From a candidate division FCPU426 bacterium (lineage in GTDB: Bacteria > Oederibacteriota > Muellerivitia > Muellerivitales > Muellerivitaceae): a stretch of DNA of 64,000 bases. The translations under genes and the position numbers were made by a program. Of the stretch, positions 20,695 to 29,417 are shown one piece after another. Location of the stretch: assembly GCA_963830915.1 (NCBI GenBank), contig CAWHOE010000035.1:32001-96000 (forward strand), written 5' to 3'. The notes beneath the pieces are model-generated. The model worked only from the letters and a program-made list of their open reading frames with translations, did not search any database and was not told the origin of the DNA. Each line of letters starts with the position of its first letter. The first letter of the stretch is position 1.

Positions 20695-21692
20695 CAGGTC
20701 CGTGCCGCCAATTTTTCGGCAAGCCTTATGGCCGATATCATGCTGGAGGGATTAGCCTTACCCTTGCCCGCGATATCGAAAGCCGTCCCGTGGTCCGGCG
20801 AGGTGCGGATAAAGGGCAGTCCTAGGGTCATATTCACCCCGGTATCGAAAGACGTCAGTTTGAAAGGGATCAACCCCTGGTCGTGGTACATGCACAAGAC
20901 CGCGTCATACTTTCCTTTTGAGACCCAGTAAAAGAGGGTGTCCGGTGGATGGGGTCCGGTCACATCCCAACCCTTTTGCCTGGCCTTTTCGATGGCCGGC
21001 TTGAGTATCTTGATCTCTTCCTTGCCGAAAGCACCATTTTCCCCGGCGTGAGGGTTCAAACCAGCCACGGCGATCCGGGGGTTCTTGATCTTGAACCAAT
21101 AGCGCATGGATTTTTGGGTCAGTTCCAGGTGTTCCATTATCTTAGGCACCGTCACTTGCCCCAAAGCTTCCCTCAAGGACATATGGATGGATTGCAGGAC
21201 GATCTTGAAGGGTCCTCCCACCATCATCATGGCGAAAGACTGGGTGTGGGAAAGATACGCCAAAAGTTCGGTGTGACCCGGGAAAGGACAACCCGCCTTG
21301 TGGATGGATTCCTTCTGGATGGGCGCAGTCACCAGGGCTGCCGCTTTGCCTTCCAATGCCATCTTGGACCCGGCGGAAATGTACCTGACCGCCGCGGCCC
21401 CCGCATTGGCTGAGATTTTCCCCATGGAAACGCCTTGCGCCCCGCCCATATCCCAAACCACCACAGGGCCCAGCTTTCCATTCTGGCCTCCGGCTGTCAA
21501 ACGGACGAGGGGTAAGCGCAAATGGAGTTTCTTGGACAAGCGGGATAGATAGGGGTAGTCCCCGATCAGGCAATAACGAGATCGGGAGCTTTTATAACAG
21601 ACGGCCAACGCTTTCAACGCCACTTCCGGGCCGACCCCGGCGGGGTCGCCCATGGAAATCGCGATCACAGGCGCCTCGGTTGGTTGGGCCAT
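20694..21692 (-). CDS. pdxA: 4-hydroxythreonine-4-phosphate dehydrogenase
   Basis: MGDPAGVGPE, GHTE, LNPHAGE, MYHDQG, RTSPDHGTAFDIAG. Confidence 0.98.
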   Translation of the reverse strand: MAQPTEAPVIAISMGDPAGVGPEVALKALAVCYKSSRSRYCLIGDYPYLSRLSKKLHLRLPLVRLTAGGQNGKLGPVVVWDMGGAQGVSMGKISANAGAAAVRYISAGSKMALEGKAAALVTAPIQKESIHKAGCPFPGHTELLAYLSHTQSFAMMMVGGPFKIVLQSIHMSLREALGQVTVPKIMEHLELTQKSMRYWFKIKNPRIAVAGLNPHAGENGAFGKEEIKILKPAIEKARQKGWDVTGPHPPDTLFYWVSKGKYDAVLCMYHDQGLIPFKLTSFDTGVNMTLGLPFIRTSPDHGTAFDIAGKGKANPSSMISAIRLAEKLAART

Positions 21693-21818
21693 AGAGAATC
21701 TCCATTGGGCTTTTGAAACTAAAATTCACTTAAAACAACGACAAAAAAACTTAGCCACCGATGAACTTAGCGTGGCGTAGCCGCAACCAAAATTCAAAAA
21801 CTGCGGATGACACTATAT

Positions 21819-21918
21819 TTCCCCCTCTGAAAGAGGGGGAAGAAGGGGGAGTTAGACTTTCGGACTAACTCGGCAACGACTAATACCCCCCCTCCCCCCC
21901 TTTTTTCAAAGGGGGGAA
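21819..21918. repeat. inverted pair of CCCCCT-n-AGGGGG palindromic REP-like units
   Basis: TTCCCCCTCT-gaa-AGAGGGGGAA...GGGGG, then CCCCC...CCCCCCTTT-tttc-AAAGGGGGG in opposite orientation. Confidence 0.7.
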
Positions 21919-22001
21919 CAACTATAAACTCAGGGCCCTGAGCCTGCCTGTGGTAAGTACGTCGAACCCGTTGAAGGGGTAGTTCAAACATCTTTTAAGT
22001 T

Positions 22002-23330
22002 TTACAGTATCTTCGCGGCCAGGGCGGCCAGTTGGGACCTTTCGCTCTTGGACAGGGTGATATGCCCGAACAGCTCCTGGCCCTTGAAATGCTCGGCCAG
22101 GTACACGATGCCGTTGGATGAGGCGTCCAGATAGGGGTTGTCGATCTGGTAAGGGTCGCCGGTCATGATGATCTTGGTGCCGGCCCCGGCCCTGGACACG
22201 ATGGTCTTGATCTCGTGGGGGGTCAGGTTCTGGGCCTCGTCTACGATCATGAATTGTTTGGGGATGGAACGACCCCTGATATAGGTCAGGGCTTCCAGTT
22301 CCAGCTTATGGGCGTCCAACAGGTATTGGACCTTATCGTCCACATCCTCCGTCTCGTTCTGCAGGTGGCCTTTATCCAGGATGAATTCCAGGTTGTCGAA
22401 GATGGGCTGCATCCAGTTCATGAGCTTCTCGTCCTTGGTACCAGGCAGGTAGCCGATGTCCTTGCCCATGGGCACGATAGGACGGGATACCAGGACCCTG
22501 CGGTATTTCTTCTCGTCCAGCGATTTCAAAAGGCCCGCCGCCAGGGCCAAGAGGGTCTTGCCCGTTCCGGCCTCCCCCACCAGGGTCACCATGCTGATGC
22601 GGTCATTCAAAAGGAGGTTCAGGGCGAAATGTTGTTCCAGGTTCAAGGCCTTGATGCCCCAGGCTTCCGGGTCCTTGAACCAGAGGGATTGGGCTTCCTT
22701 GGCCGAGTCCTTGTAGATGGCCCGGGCCGTCTTTCCCTCGTGGATATCGCTCTTCAGCAGGAGGAACTCGTTCTCATATAATTGGGCCTGGTTCAAATAT
22801 GGTTTGAGCGCCAGCTTACCGGTTTTGTAGAAGTCATCGATCTCCGAATCTTTCACCGTGAGAGTGGCCCAACCCGAATAGAGTTCGTCGATGTTGACCT
22901 TGTTGGTCTCGAAATCCTCCGATTCCACTCCCAGCGCGTCCGCCTTCACCCGAACATTGATATCCTTCGTGATGAACCTGACATCCTCCCCCTTCTCCTT
23001 CAAGGCCAGGGCGATACCGATGATGTTGTTATCGATCTTCATGTGGGATAGGGAAGCTGGGAGGTGGTTATTGGGGGTGCTTATGTCGACCCTCAAAGTT
23101 CCCCCATTGGGCAAAGGCACACCGGCTGGCAGGTTCCCCTTGCTCCTCAAGTCGTCCAGCAGGCGGGCCACCTCGCGGGCGTTGCGGCCCCTCTCATCCT
23201 GGTATTTCTTGAAGGTGTCCAGTTCTTCGATGACCCCCAGGGGAATGACCACGATGTTGTCCTCGAAAGACGAGATGGCCTGAGGATTGTGGATCAGGAC
23301 GTTGGTATCCAGGACAAAGGTTTTTTTCAT
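22002..23330 (-). CDS. PIN-domain PhoH-family ATPase (PhoH2/YlaK-like)
   Basis: FVLDTNVL (PIN), GEAGTGKT, IGYLPG, YIRGRS, DEAQN, GDPYQID. Start ATG 23330 (ATGA overlap). Confidence 0.93.
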   Translation of the reverse strand: MKKTFVLDTNVLIHNPQAISSFEDNIVVIPLGVIEELDTFKKYQDERGRNAREVARLLDDLRSKGNLPAGVPLPNGGTLRVDISTPNNHLPASLSHMKIDNNIIGIALALKEKGEDVRFITKDINVRVKADALGVESEDFETNKVNIDELYSGWATLTVKDSEIDDFYKTGKLALKPYLNQAQLYENEFLLLKSDIHEGKTARAIYKDSAKEAQSLWFKDPEAWGIKALNLEQHFALNLLLNDRISMVTLVGEAGTGKTLLALAAGLLKSLDEKKYRRVLVSRPIVPMGKDIGYLPGTKDEKLMNWMQPIFDNLEFILDKGHLQNETEDVDDKVQYLLDAHKLELEALTYIRGRSIPKQFMIVDEAQNLTPHEIKTIVSRAGAGTKIIMTGDPYQIDNPYLDASSNGIVYLAEHFKGQELFGHITLSKSERSQLAALAAKIL

Positions 23331-23947
23331 GGGACATGCGCCTCCGGGCGGGAGAGATGGGGCTTCACCAGCTGGAACAACGACAGGGCCAATTGCCAGG
23401 CCCATTGGATTGTATCGGTAACGGCTTTTGAAAGAGGCAAGACTTGAGGCCAAACCAGCGCGGTCAGTAACATTACGACAATCATATTACCCGCCAAAAT
23501 GAAAATCAATGAGAACACCACGCCTCCGTCCTTCAGGTCCGTCTGGGGATGGGAGAGGGAATAAATTGTCAGCGCGATGTGGAAGGCGTAGGTGAATCCG
23601 ATGAGTCCCAGGAGATAGATCTTGAAGGGCTCGGCCGCGATGGCGTAAAGACCCACCGTAACAGCCGTGTAAAAAGGGAAGATATAGGGCGCCAAACTGA
23701 TGAAGATGTGCGATTTGTTGACCACCGTAGAACCGCCGGTCGTCGTGGCGTGGATGGCCGTGACCTTCCCGCCCATCAGGACCGCGGCCAGGGCGTGGGT
23801 CAGTTCGTGGGCCATCACGTGGCTGAGGATGGGTTTGAAAAAAGCCACTTGAAGGACCAGGTAAAGGACCATTCCGCCCAGAAAAACCAGGGTAATCTCC
23901 GACCGCCAGGGAATAAAGCAAAGGGATTTAGCCCAGACGACCGCCAT
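23327..23947 (-). CDS. M50B-like membrane metalloprotease; true start may be 24023 across a frameshift
   Basis: HELTHALAA, GGST, ISLAPY, QTDL; several TM segments. Confidence 0.75.
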   Translation of the reverse strand: MAVVWAKSLCFIPWRSEITLVFLGGMVLYLVLQVAFFKPILSHVMAHELTHALAAVLMGGKVTAIHATTTGGSTVVNKSHIFISLAPYIFPFYTAVTVGLYAIAAEPFKIYLLGLIGFTYAFHIALTIYSLSHPQTDLKDGGVVFSLIFILAGNMIVVMLLTALVWPQVLPLSKAVTDTIQWAWQLALSLFQLVKPHLSRPEAHVP

Positions 23948-24052
23948 GGCGGCCGTCCCAGACCAGCAGAACGCCGAAGAAAACTTTCAATATCAAACCA
24001 AAGAGGAATTTCTTGACCGCCAATATTCACGACCTGTCAGGTTGGATTTTTC

Positions 24053-24970
24053 TTAAGCTTCCGCATCCTCATCATCATGAGGCGCTTCCTGGTCCCACTG
24101 GATCTCCATGGCGATCTTATAAACCACTTCCCGGGGCAGGTCCCGAAGTTTGCAGACCGCCTTCACCGCCTCGGTCTTGGAATGGTGCTGTTCCTTCATC
24201 AATTGGACCAGTTGGTCGGCGATGGAAACACCCACCCATTTCTCCTGGTCCGAATGGTCGACCTTCTCCCCGCCCTCCACCACAATGACGAACTCACCCA
24301 TCGGCTCGTTGGTCTTGAAATGTTTCCATAGTTCCTGCAGGTTCCCCCGGACGAACTCCTCGTGCATCTTGGTCAATTCCCTCCCCACCACCGCCTGGCG
24401 GTTCCCGAACACGTTCATCATGTCTTTCAAGCTGTTGCGCATCCGATGGGGGGACTCGTAGAAGACCAGGGTCCTTTCCTCTGACTTCACTTGATGAAGG
24501 GCCGTGCGCCGGTCAGCCGGTTTGGAAGGCAGGAAACCCATGAAGGTAAAGGGAGTGGAAGGAAAACCGGTGGCGGGCAGGACCGCCAAAAGGGCGGAAG
24601 CCCCAGGGATAGGCACTACCGCAAAACCCTTTTCGACCACCGCCTTGACCACGAGATAACCGGGATCGGAAATGCCCGGCATCCCCGCGTCCGAAACCAG
24701 GGCCACCGAGCCTCCCTCTTCCAGGGTCTTCAGTATCTCCCCCAGCCTTTTGGCCTCGTTATGCTCGAAACAGGAAATGAGCCTGGTTGGCTGGATGCCA
24801 AAATGGGTTAATAACTTCAAGGTGTTGCGGGTATCCTCAGCGGCAATGAGAGTGGCTCCCTTGAGCACCTTCAATGCGCGAGAGGTCATATCCTCTAGAT
24901 TTCCGATGGGAGTAGCCACCAGGTAAAGGGTGGATGGCTTGATGGCGTTCTTTTCGCTATTTACGGACAC
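24053..24970 (-). CDS. rsmI: 16S rRNA C1402 2'-O-methyltransferase
   Basis: LYLVATPIGNLED, AAEDTR, VSDAGMPGISDPG, YESPHR, RELTKMHEE. Confidence 0.98.
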   Translation of the reverse strand: MSVNSEKNAIKPSTLYLVATPIGNLEDMTSRALKVLKGATLIAAEDTRNTLKLLTHFGIQPTRLISCFEHNEAKRLGEILKTLEEGGSVALVSDAGMPGISDPGYLVVKAVVEKGFAVVPIPGASALLAVLPATGFPSTPFTFMGFLPSKPADRRTALHQVKSEERTLVFYESPHRMRNSLKDMMNVFGNRQAVVGRELTKMHEEFVRGNLQELWKHFKTNEPMGEFVIVVEGGEKVDHSDQEKWVGVSIADQLVQLMKEQHHSKTEAVKAVCKLRDLPREVVYKIAMEIQWDQEAPHDDEDAEA

Positions 24971-25571
24971 GGCGCCTTCCCTTCTTGGGTTTAGATCTTG
25001 AAATCTCAGGATTTGAAGAATGTGTTTTGGCTTGGTTCATTGTAAATGGCTTCGTGACCGTCCACATCGCCCAACCGATGGCCATTCCTATCAGCCATCC
25101 CCCCAGAACATCCGAAGGGTAATGCACCCCCAAATAAACACGGGAAAGCCCTACTAAAAAAGCCACCAAAGCGCAAAACCAGGCCCAGGGCGGATAGGCC
25201 AGCGCTAATAGGGTCATGGAGCCTCCCATGTTGGTGGCATGGCTGGAAGGGAAAGAATAAGAAGAGGGTTTATCGTCCGGTGTCAGGACCCCGGACAGGG
25301 CGTTGCATGGGCGGACACGGTCGAAGAGCCCCTTGAAAACATGGGCTGAAAGTTGGTCCGTCAAGAGGACCGTTAGGATAAGGGCCAGCGCCATCCATCG
25401 GCCTTTTTTGCCCCCTTTAAAAAGGAGAAGCAAAAGCAAAAGAAGGATCAGGATATTGAAATGATGGTAATTGGTGATGAAGCGGAAGAACCCGTCCAAC
25501 CATTGGTTGGACCAACCCTCATTGATCCATCGAAAGATGGCCACATCCACGGAATAAAGGAAGGTTCCCAA
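24957..25571 (-). CDS. PAP2 family phosphatase (undecaprenyl-diphosphatase-like)
   Basis: KxxxxxxRP, SFPSSHA, SRVYLGVHYPSDV. Confidence 0.93.
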   Translation of the reverse strand: MGTFLYSVDVAIFRWINEGWSNQWLDGFFRFITNYHHFNILILLLLLLLLFKGGKKGRWMALALILTVLLTDQLSAHVFKGLFDRVRPCNALSGVLTPDDKPSSYSFPSSHATNMGGSMTLLALAYPPWAWFCALVAFLVGLSRVYLGVHYPSDVLGGWLIGMAIGWAMWTVTKPFTMNQAKTHSSNPEISRSKPKKGRRRVRK

Positions 25572-25575
25572 GGGA

Positions 25576-26691
25576 TCAAACAGCCAATGGGACGGGGTCG
25601 GTTTCGGGAAGGGTCCGGTGGAGCTCTTCCAGGCTCTTGATCACCCACTCGGCGTCATCCGAGGTCAGCAGTTTCTGACGCAGGTCCCGGGCCCCCACGA
25701 ACCCCTTCAGGTAATGGGAAAGATGCTTGCGCATCTCAAGTAATCCCATCCGAGACCCCTTTACCTCGATGGAGCATTTCAACTGTTCCAAGGCCACTCC
25801 CATCTTGTACTTCAAAGATAGGATCTTCATGGGCTTCCCCGTTTCCAGGTAATGGTTGATCTCCTCGAAGATCCAGGGCGAACCCATGCTTCCCCGGCCG
25901 ATCATGATGCCGTCGCAGCCGGTCTGCTGGAAAAGCTTCCAGGCGTCCTCGGCCGATCTGACATCCCCGTTCCCGATGATAGGGATGCGGGCCTTCTGCT
26001 TCAGCCGGGTAATGATGTCCCAATTGGCCTTGCCCTCGAACATCTGGTCGCGGGTCCGGGCGTGGACCGCCAGGGCCGAGGCCCCGGCCTCCTCCACCGA
26101 GTGGAGCAATTCGAAGACCGACTCATCCTGGGCGCCGAAACCGGCTCGGGTCTTGACCGTAATGGGCACCCTGCCCCCGGTCGACTTCACCATGGCCTCC
26201 ACGATCCAACCGGCCCTCTGGGGTTCCTTGAGCACCGCCGCCCCGGAGTCGCATTTGAGGATCTTTCCCACCGGACAGCCGAAATTGATGTCGATGACGT
26301 CCGGATGGATGTCCCCCTCCACCCTGGCCGCCGCCTCACCCATGATGGCGGGATCCCCGCCAAAAAGTTGCACACCCACGGGCCTTTCAGGGTCGGTGAA
26401 TTCCATCAATTCGCGGGTCTTGTCGCTTCCGGCAATGAGGGCACGGGAACTGACCATCTCGGTAACGACCATGGCCGCTCCGTAACGCCGGGCCAAACGC
26501 CGGAAGGCCGTGTCGGTATAACCCGCCATGGGGGCCAGGAAAACACGCCCATCCAGGGTGAGATTGCCCAGTTTGAACTCCCTGGCTGGTTTACCCATCC
26601 CCTCCAGGGGGGCGTCAGACAATTCATCCGCCGGTTTTCGGTTGGAGGGAGTCTCGATGGATTCTGGGTCTTGTCGGGCAAGAACGCTCAT
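25576..26691 (-). CDS. dusB: tRNA-dihydrouridine synthase B
   Basis: LAPMAG, DINFGCP, TVKTRAG, VHARTR, GNGDV, MIGRG. Confidence 0.93.
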   Translation of the reverse strand: MSVLARQDPESIETPSNRKPADELSDAPLEGMGKPAREFKLGNLTLDGRVFLAPMAGYTDTAFRRLARRYGAAMVVTEMVSSRALIAGSDKTRELMEFTDPERPVGVQLFGGDPAIMGEAAARVEGDIHPDVIDINFGCPVGKILKCDSGAAVLKEPQRAGWIVEAMVKSTGGRVPITVKTRAGFGAQDESVFELLHSVEEAGASALAVHARTRDQMFEGKANWDIITRLKQKARIPIIGNGDVRSAEDAWKLFQQTGCDGIMIGRGSMGSPWIFEEINHYLETGKPMKILSLKYKMGVALEQLKCSIEVKGSRMGLLEMRKHLSHYLKGFVGARDLRQKLLTSDDAEWVIKSLEELHRTLPETDPVPLAV

Positions 26692-26865
26692 GCGTTAACC
26701 CGCTCGAGGCCCGAAAAGATGATAACTGGATGGGATTTTAAGGAATTTTCTTTCATCGGCTCATTGTAGCAAGAAGGGGGTATGGCTGGAAGGGTACTCA
26801 AAAACCTCTACGCAATCAATTTTCAGAAGGCGAAATGAGCCCAAACTTATGCTGAATGACCTCGA

Positions 26866-27130
26866 CCAGAGGCGACCGAGGCCTGGCCGGTAGCTGACCG
26901 GGGGGTGGCCGGTAACCGGCCAGAGGCGACAGGGCCCGGCCGGTAGCTGACCGGGGGGTGGCCGGTAACCGGCCAAAGGCGACAGGGGCCCGACCGGTAG
27001 CTGACCGGGGGGTGGCCGGTAACCGGCCAGAGGCGACCGGGGGGTGGCCGGTAACCGGCTAGAGGCGACCGGGGCCCAGCCGGTAGCTGACCGGGGGGTG
27101 GCCGGTAACCGGTCAGAGACGACCGGGGGA
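26866..27130. repeat. GC-rich tandem repeat array with palindromic core
   Basis: GACCGGGGGGTGGCCGGTAACCGGCCAGAGGC-like unit at 26896, 26949, 27003, 27035, 27089, with near-identical 21-22 nt linkers. Confidence 0.92.
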
Positions 27131-27186
27131 GAAAATAATGGTTTTTAAGAATTCAAGCTCTCCGCTGATGGAATGGTAGCTTCAGT

Positions 27187-28197
27187 TCAATAAAAAGAAC
27201 CGGTGGGGTTGGCGGTGGCTGAAAAATCCGCCGATTTACCCAAGGCCAATTGGTGGGCCCCTAGCCCGGCGATCATGGCGGCGTTATCCGAGCAAAACTT
27301 GGGCGGAGGGACCCTCAGAACCGCCTTGAAGTCGTTAGCTTCTTTCTTCAAGGCTTCCCTGACCGCCTGATTACAGGCCACTCCCCCGCCGACAAGCAGG
27401 CTCTTGGGCCTTGCCTCGAACATGGCTTTGCGGACCCTCAGGATGATCTCCTCGATGACGGTGTTCTGGAACTTGGCGGCGAAATGGGCCATGTCCTTCT
27501 CATCCTTGGGCGGGTTTTTTTTGAATTCCAGGGAGGCCGCTGTCTTGAGCCCGGAGAAAGAAAAATCCTGGCTGTGATCCTTCATTCGGGAGAGGGAAAA
27601 ATGACCCGGCGCTCCCTGGTGCTTCTGGGCCAATTTTTCGATCAAAGGCCCCCCGGGGTAGCCCAAGCCCATCATTTTGGCGACCTTGTCATAAGCTTCC
27701 CCCGCCGCGTCATCACGGGTGGAAGCAAGTAGACGGTAAACTCCCCAATCCTCGATATGGTAAAGCTCGGTGTGACCGCCGGACACGACCAGACCGATGG
27801 CCGGGAAAAGGACAGGTTCGTCATTGAGTCTGGCGGCGTATAGATGGGCCTCGATATGGTGTATAGCGACGAAGGGAATCTTGAGGCTGAGGGCCAGACC
27901 CTTGGCCGCGGATAGCCCAATTAAAAGTGCCCCGATCAACCCAGGCGAGGCCGTCACGGCGATACCCGAAAGGTCGTCATAAGCCACCTGGGCTTGTTTC
28001 AAAGCCGAGGGAATGAGGATGGGAAGGGATTCCAGATGCTGGCGGGAGGCCACTTCCGGCACCACGCCCCCGTAACGGTTATGCAGTTCGATCTGGGTGG
28101 CGACCTCATTGGAAAGTACCCGGTAGCCGTCCTCGACCACCGCCACCGACGTTTCGTCGCAGGAGGATTCAATACCCAGAACCAAATTCTTAGCCAT
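27187..28197 (-). CDS. tsaD: tRNA t6A threonylcarbamoyltransferase
   Basis: LGIESSCDET, GGVVPEVASR, HHIEAH, VSGGHT, DDAAGEAYDK, DNAAMI. Confidence 0.98.
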   Translation of the reverse strand: MAKNLVLGIESSCDETSVAVVEDGYRVLSNEVATQIELHNRYGGVVPEVASRQHLESLPILIPSALKQAQVAYDDLSGIAVTASPGLIGALLIGLSAAKGLALSLKIPFVAIHHIEAHLYAARLNDEPVLFPAIGLVVSGGHTELYHIEDWGVYRLLASTRDDAAGEAYDKVAKMMGLGYPGGPLIEKLAQKHQGAPGHFSLSRMKDHSQDFSFSGLKTAASLEFKKNPPKDEKDMAHFAAKFQNTVIEEIILRVRKAMFEARPKSLLVGGGVACNQAVREALKKEANDFKAVLRVPPPKFCSDNAAMIAGLGAHQLALGKSADFSATANPTGSFY

Positions 28198-28241
28198 AAA
28201 AATTCCCTCGATGAAAACTTTCAAATAAACGCAAAGACCCT

Positions 28242-29408
28242 CTATTCTTTCACAGCCTCGGATAGATACACGAACTGGATACCCTGACCCTGGAGTCTTT
28301 GGACTTCTTCGGCCATCGTTTTCAAGGTCACATACTTGAAATGACCGATCCCAACCGCCAGCCCGTTCTTCTTGGCTTTCGCCACCAATTTATCCATTTG
28401 TTGACGGATCTTCTCGGGCGACACCACATTATCCAGGAAGATGTCCCGGTGGGAATGGGCAAGTTGGATCTTCTCGGCTTCCTTTTCCCCCACGGTCGCC
28501 ACTGAGGTCCGGGAATCCAGGAAAAAAAGCCCTCTTTTTTTGAGCCAATCGCAGACCGCCGACATCAATTGGGGATCGGTGGAAGCCAGGCTTCCCATAT
28601 GGTTGTTCAATCCCACGCAACCCGGGATATTATCGAAAGCCGCCTGAAGATTCCGTTCCACATCGGGAACGCTCATCCCTCTTTTCAAGTATTCGGGATA
28701 AGCCCCTTTGGGGAACTTTTCCGTTCCTTCCATGGGCATATGACAGATGACCTCGATGCCATGGGAGGGCACATCCTTGGCCAGGCTGGTGGAGAACTCC
28801 GTCCCCGGGATGAGAGCCAGGGTCACGGGCACCTTGAAATCATAAAGACGTTCCAGCGCCTCTCCCCTCTGGTAACCCCCGTCGTCGATGATCAGGCAGA
28901 TACGCGGTTTCTTGGTCTGAATGAAGGTGATCTCGACCGGCGTCCAGGAATCATCGAACCCGAAGCTATAGCGGAAAAGGCTGACCGTCGGAACCCCTGA
29001 CACCGAGCCGGATCTTTGAGTGACCTTGACCCCAAAAGGCTTGGCGGTTTGGGCCAAACGTTCGGCCAATTGGTCGGCGGTATAGCGGGCGGGCAGGCGG
29101 AAACTTTCACGGTAGGTGGAAGCGGTTTTGCCCTGGACGGTGGCCGACTCCTCGAGGATCTCCCCTTCCCTCAACTTCAAAACATCCAGGGTTTCCAACT
29201 CATCGTTCAAAGTCTTGAGCAGGGTTGCCGAAGTCACCTGGTTGGAAGGGATGGAAGCCACGGGAGTGGGTGTCCCGGAAGGCAGGGTGGGTGTTCTCAA
29301 GTACCACCGAAGGAGCAACCCCACCGCGCCAGCCACCAGCAACACCAGGGCCAGGTTCAATAAAAAGCCCCGCAGTTCCCCTCTTTGGCCCAACCGCCGG
29401 GGGCTCAA
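28242..29408 (-). CDS. divergent polysaccharide deacetylase (YibQ-like)
   Basis: IIDDGG, HMPME, NNHMGS, DSRT, RDIFLD, IGH; follows envC-ctpA. Confidence 0.92.
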   Translation of the reverse strand: MSPRRLGQRGELRGFLLNLALVLLVAGAVGLLLRWYLRTPTLPSGTPTPVASIPSNQVTSATLLKTLNDELETLDVLKLREGEILEESATVQGKTASTYRESFRLPARYTADQLAERLAQTAKPFGVKVTQRSGSVSGVPTVSLFRYSFGFDDSWTPVEITFIQTKKPRICLIIDDGGYQRGEALERLYDFKVPVTLALIPGTEFSTSLAKDVPSHGIEVICHMPMEGTEKFPKGAYPEYLKRGMSVPDVERNLQAAFDNIPGCVGLNNHMGSLASTDPQLMSAVCDWLKKRGLFFLDSRTSVATVGEKEAEKIQLAHSHRDIFLDNVVSPEKIRQQMDKLVAKAKKNGLAVGIGHFKYVTLKTMAEEVQRLQGQGIQFVYLSEAVKE

Positions 29409-29417
29409 CGAAAAGCC

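Noticed and set aside
21794..21991. 65-aa ORF
   Set aside because: It is a translation of palindromic repeat DNA (PPFEKRGGGG).
23331..23453. N-terminal extension of PIN-PhoH
   Set aside because: It overlaps the upstream gene; the PIN domain starts at ATG 23330.
26866..27130. CRISPR array
   Set aside because: Linkers are near-identical and short (21-22 nt), one is absent, and there are no cas genes.
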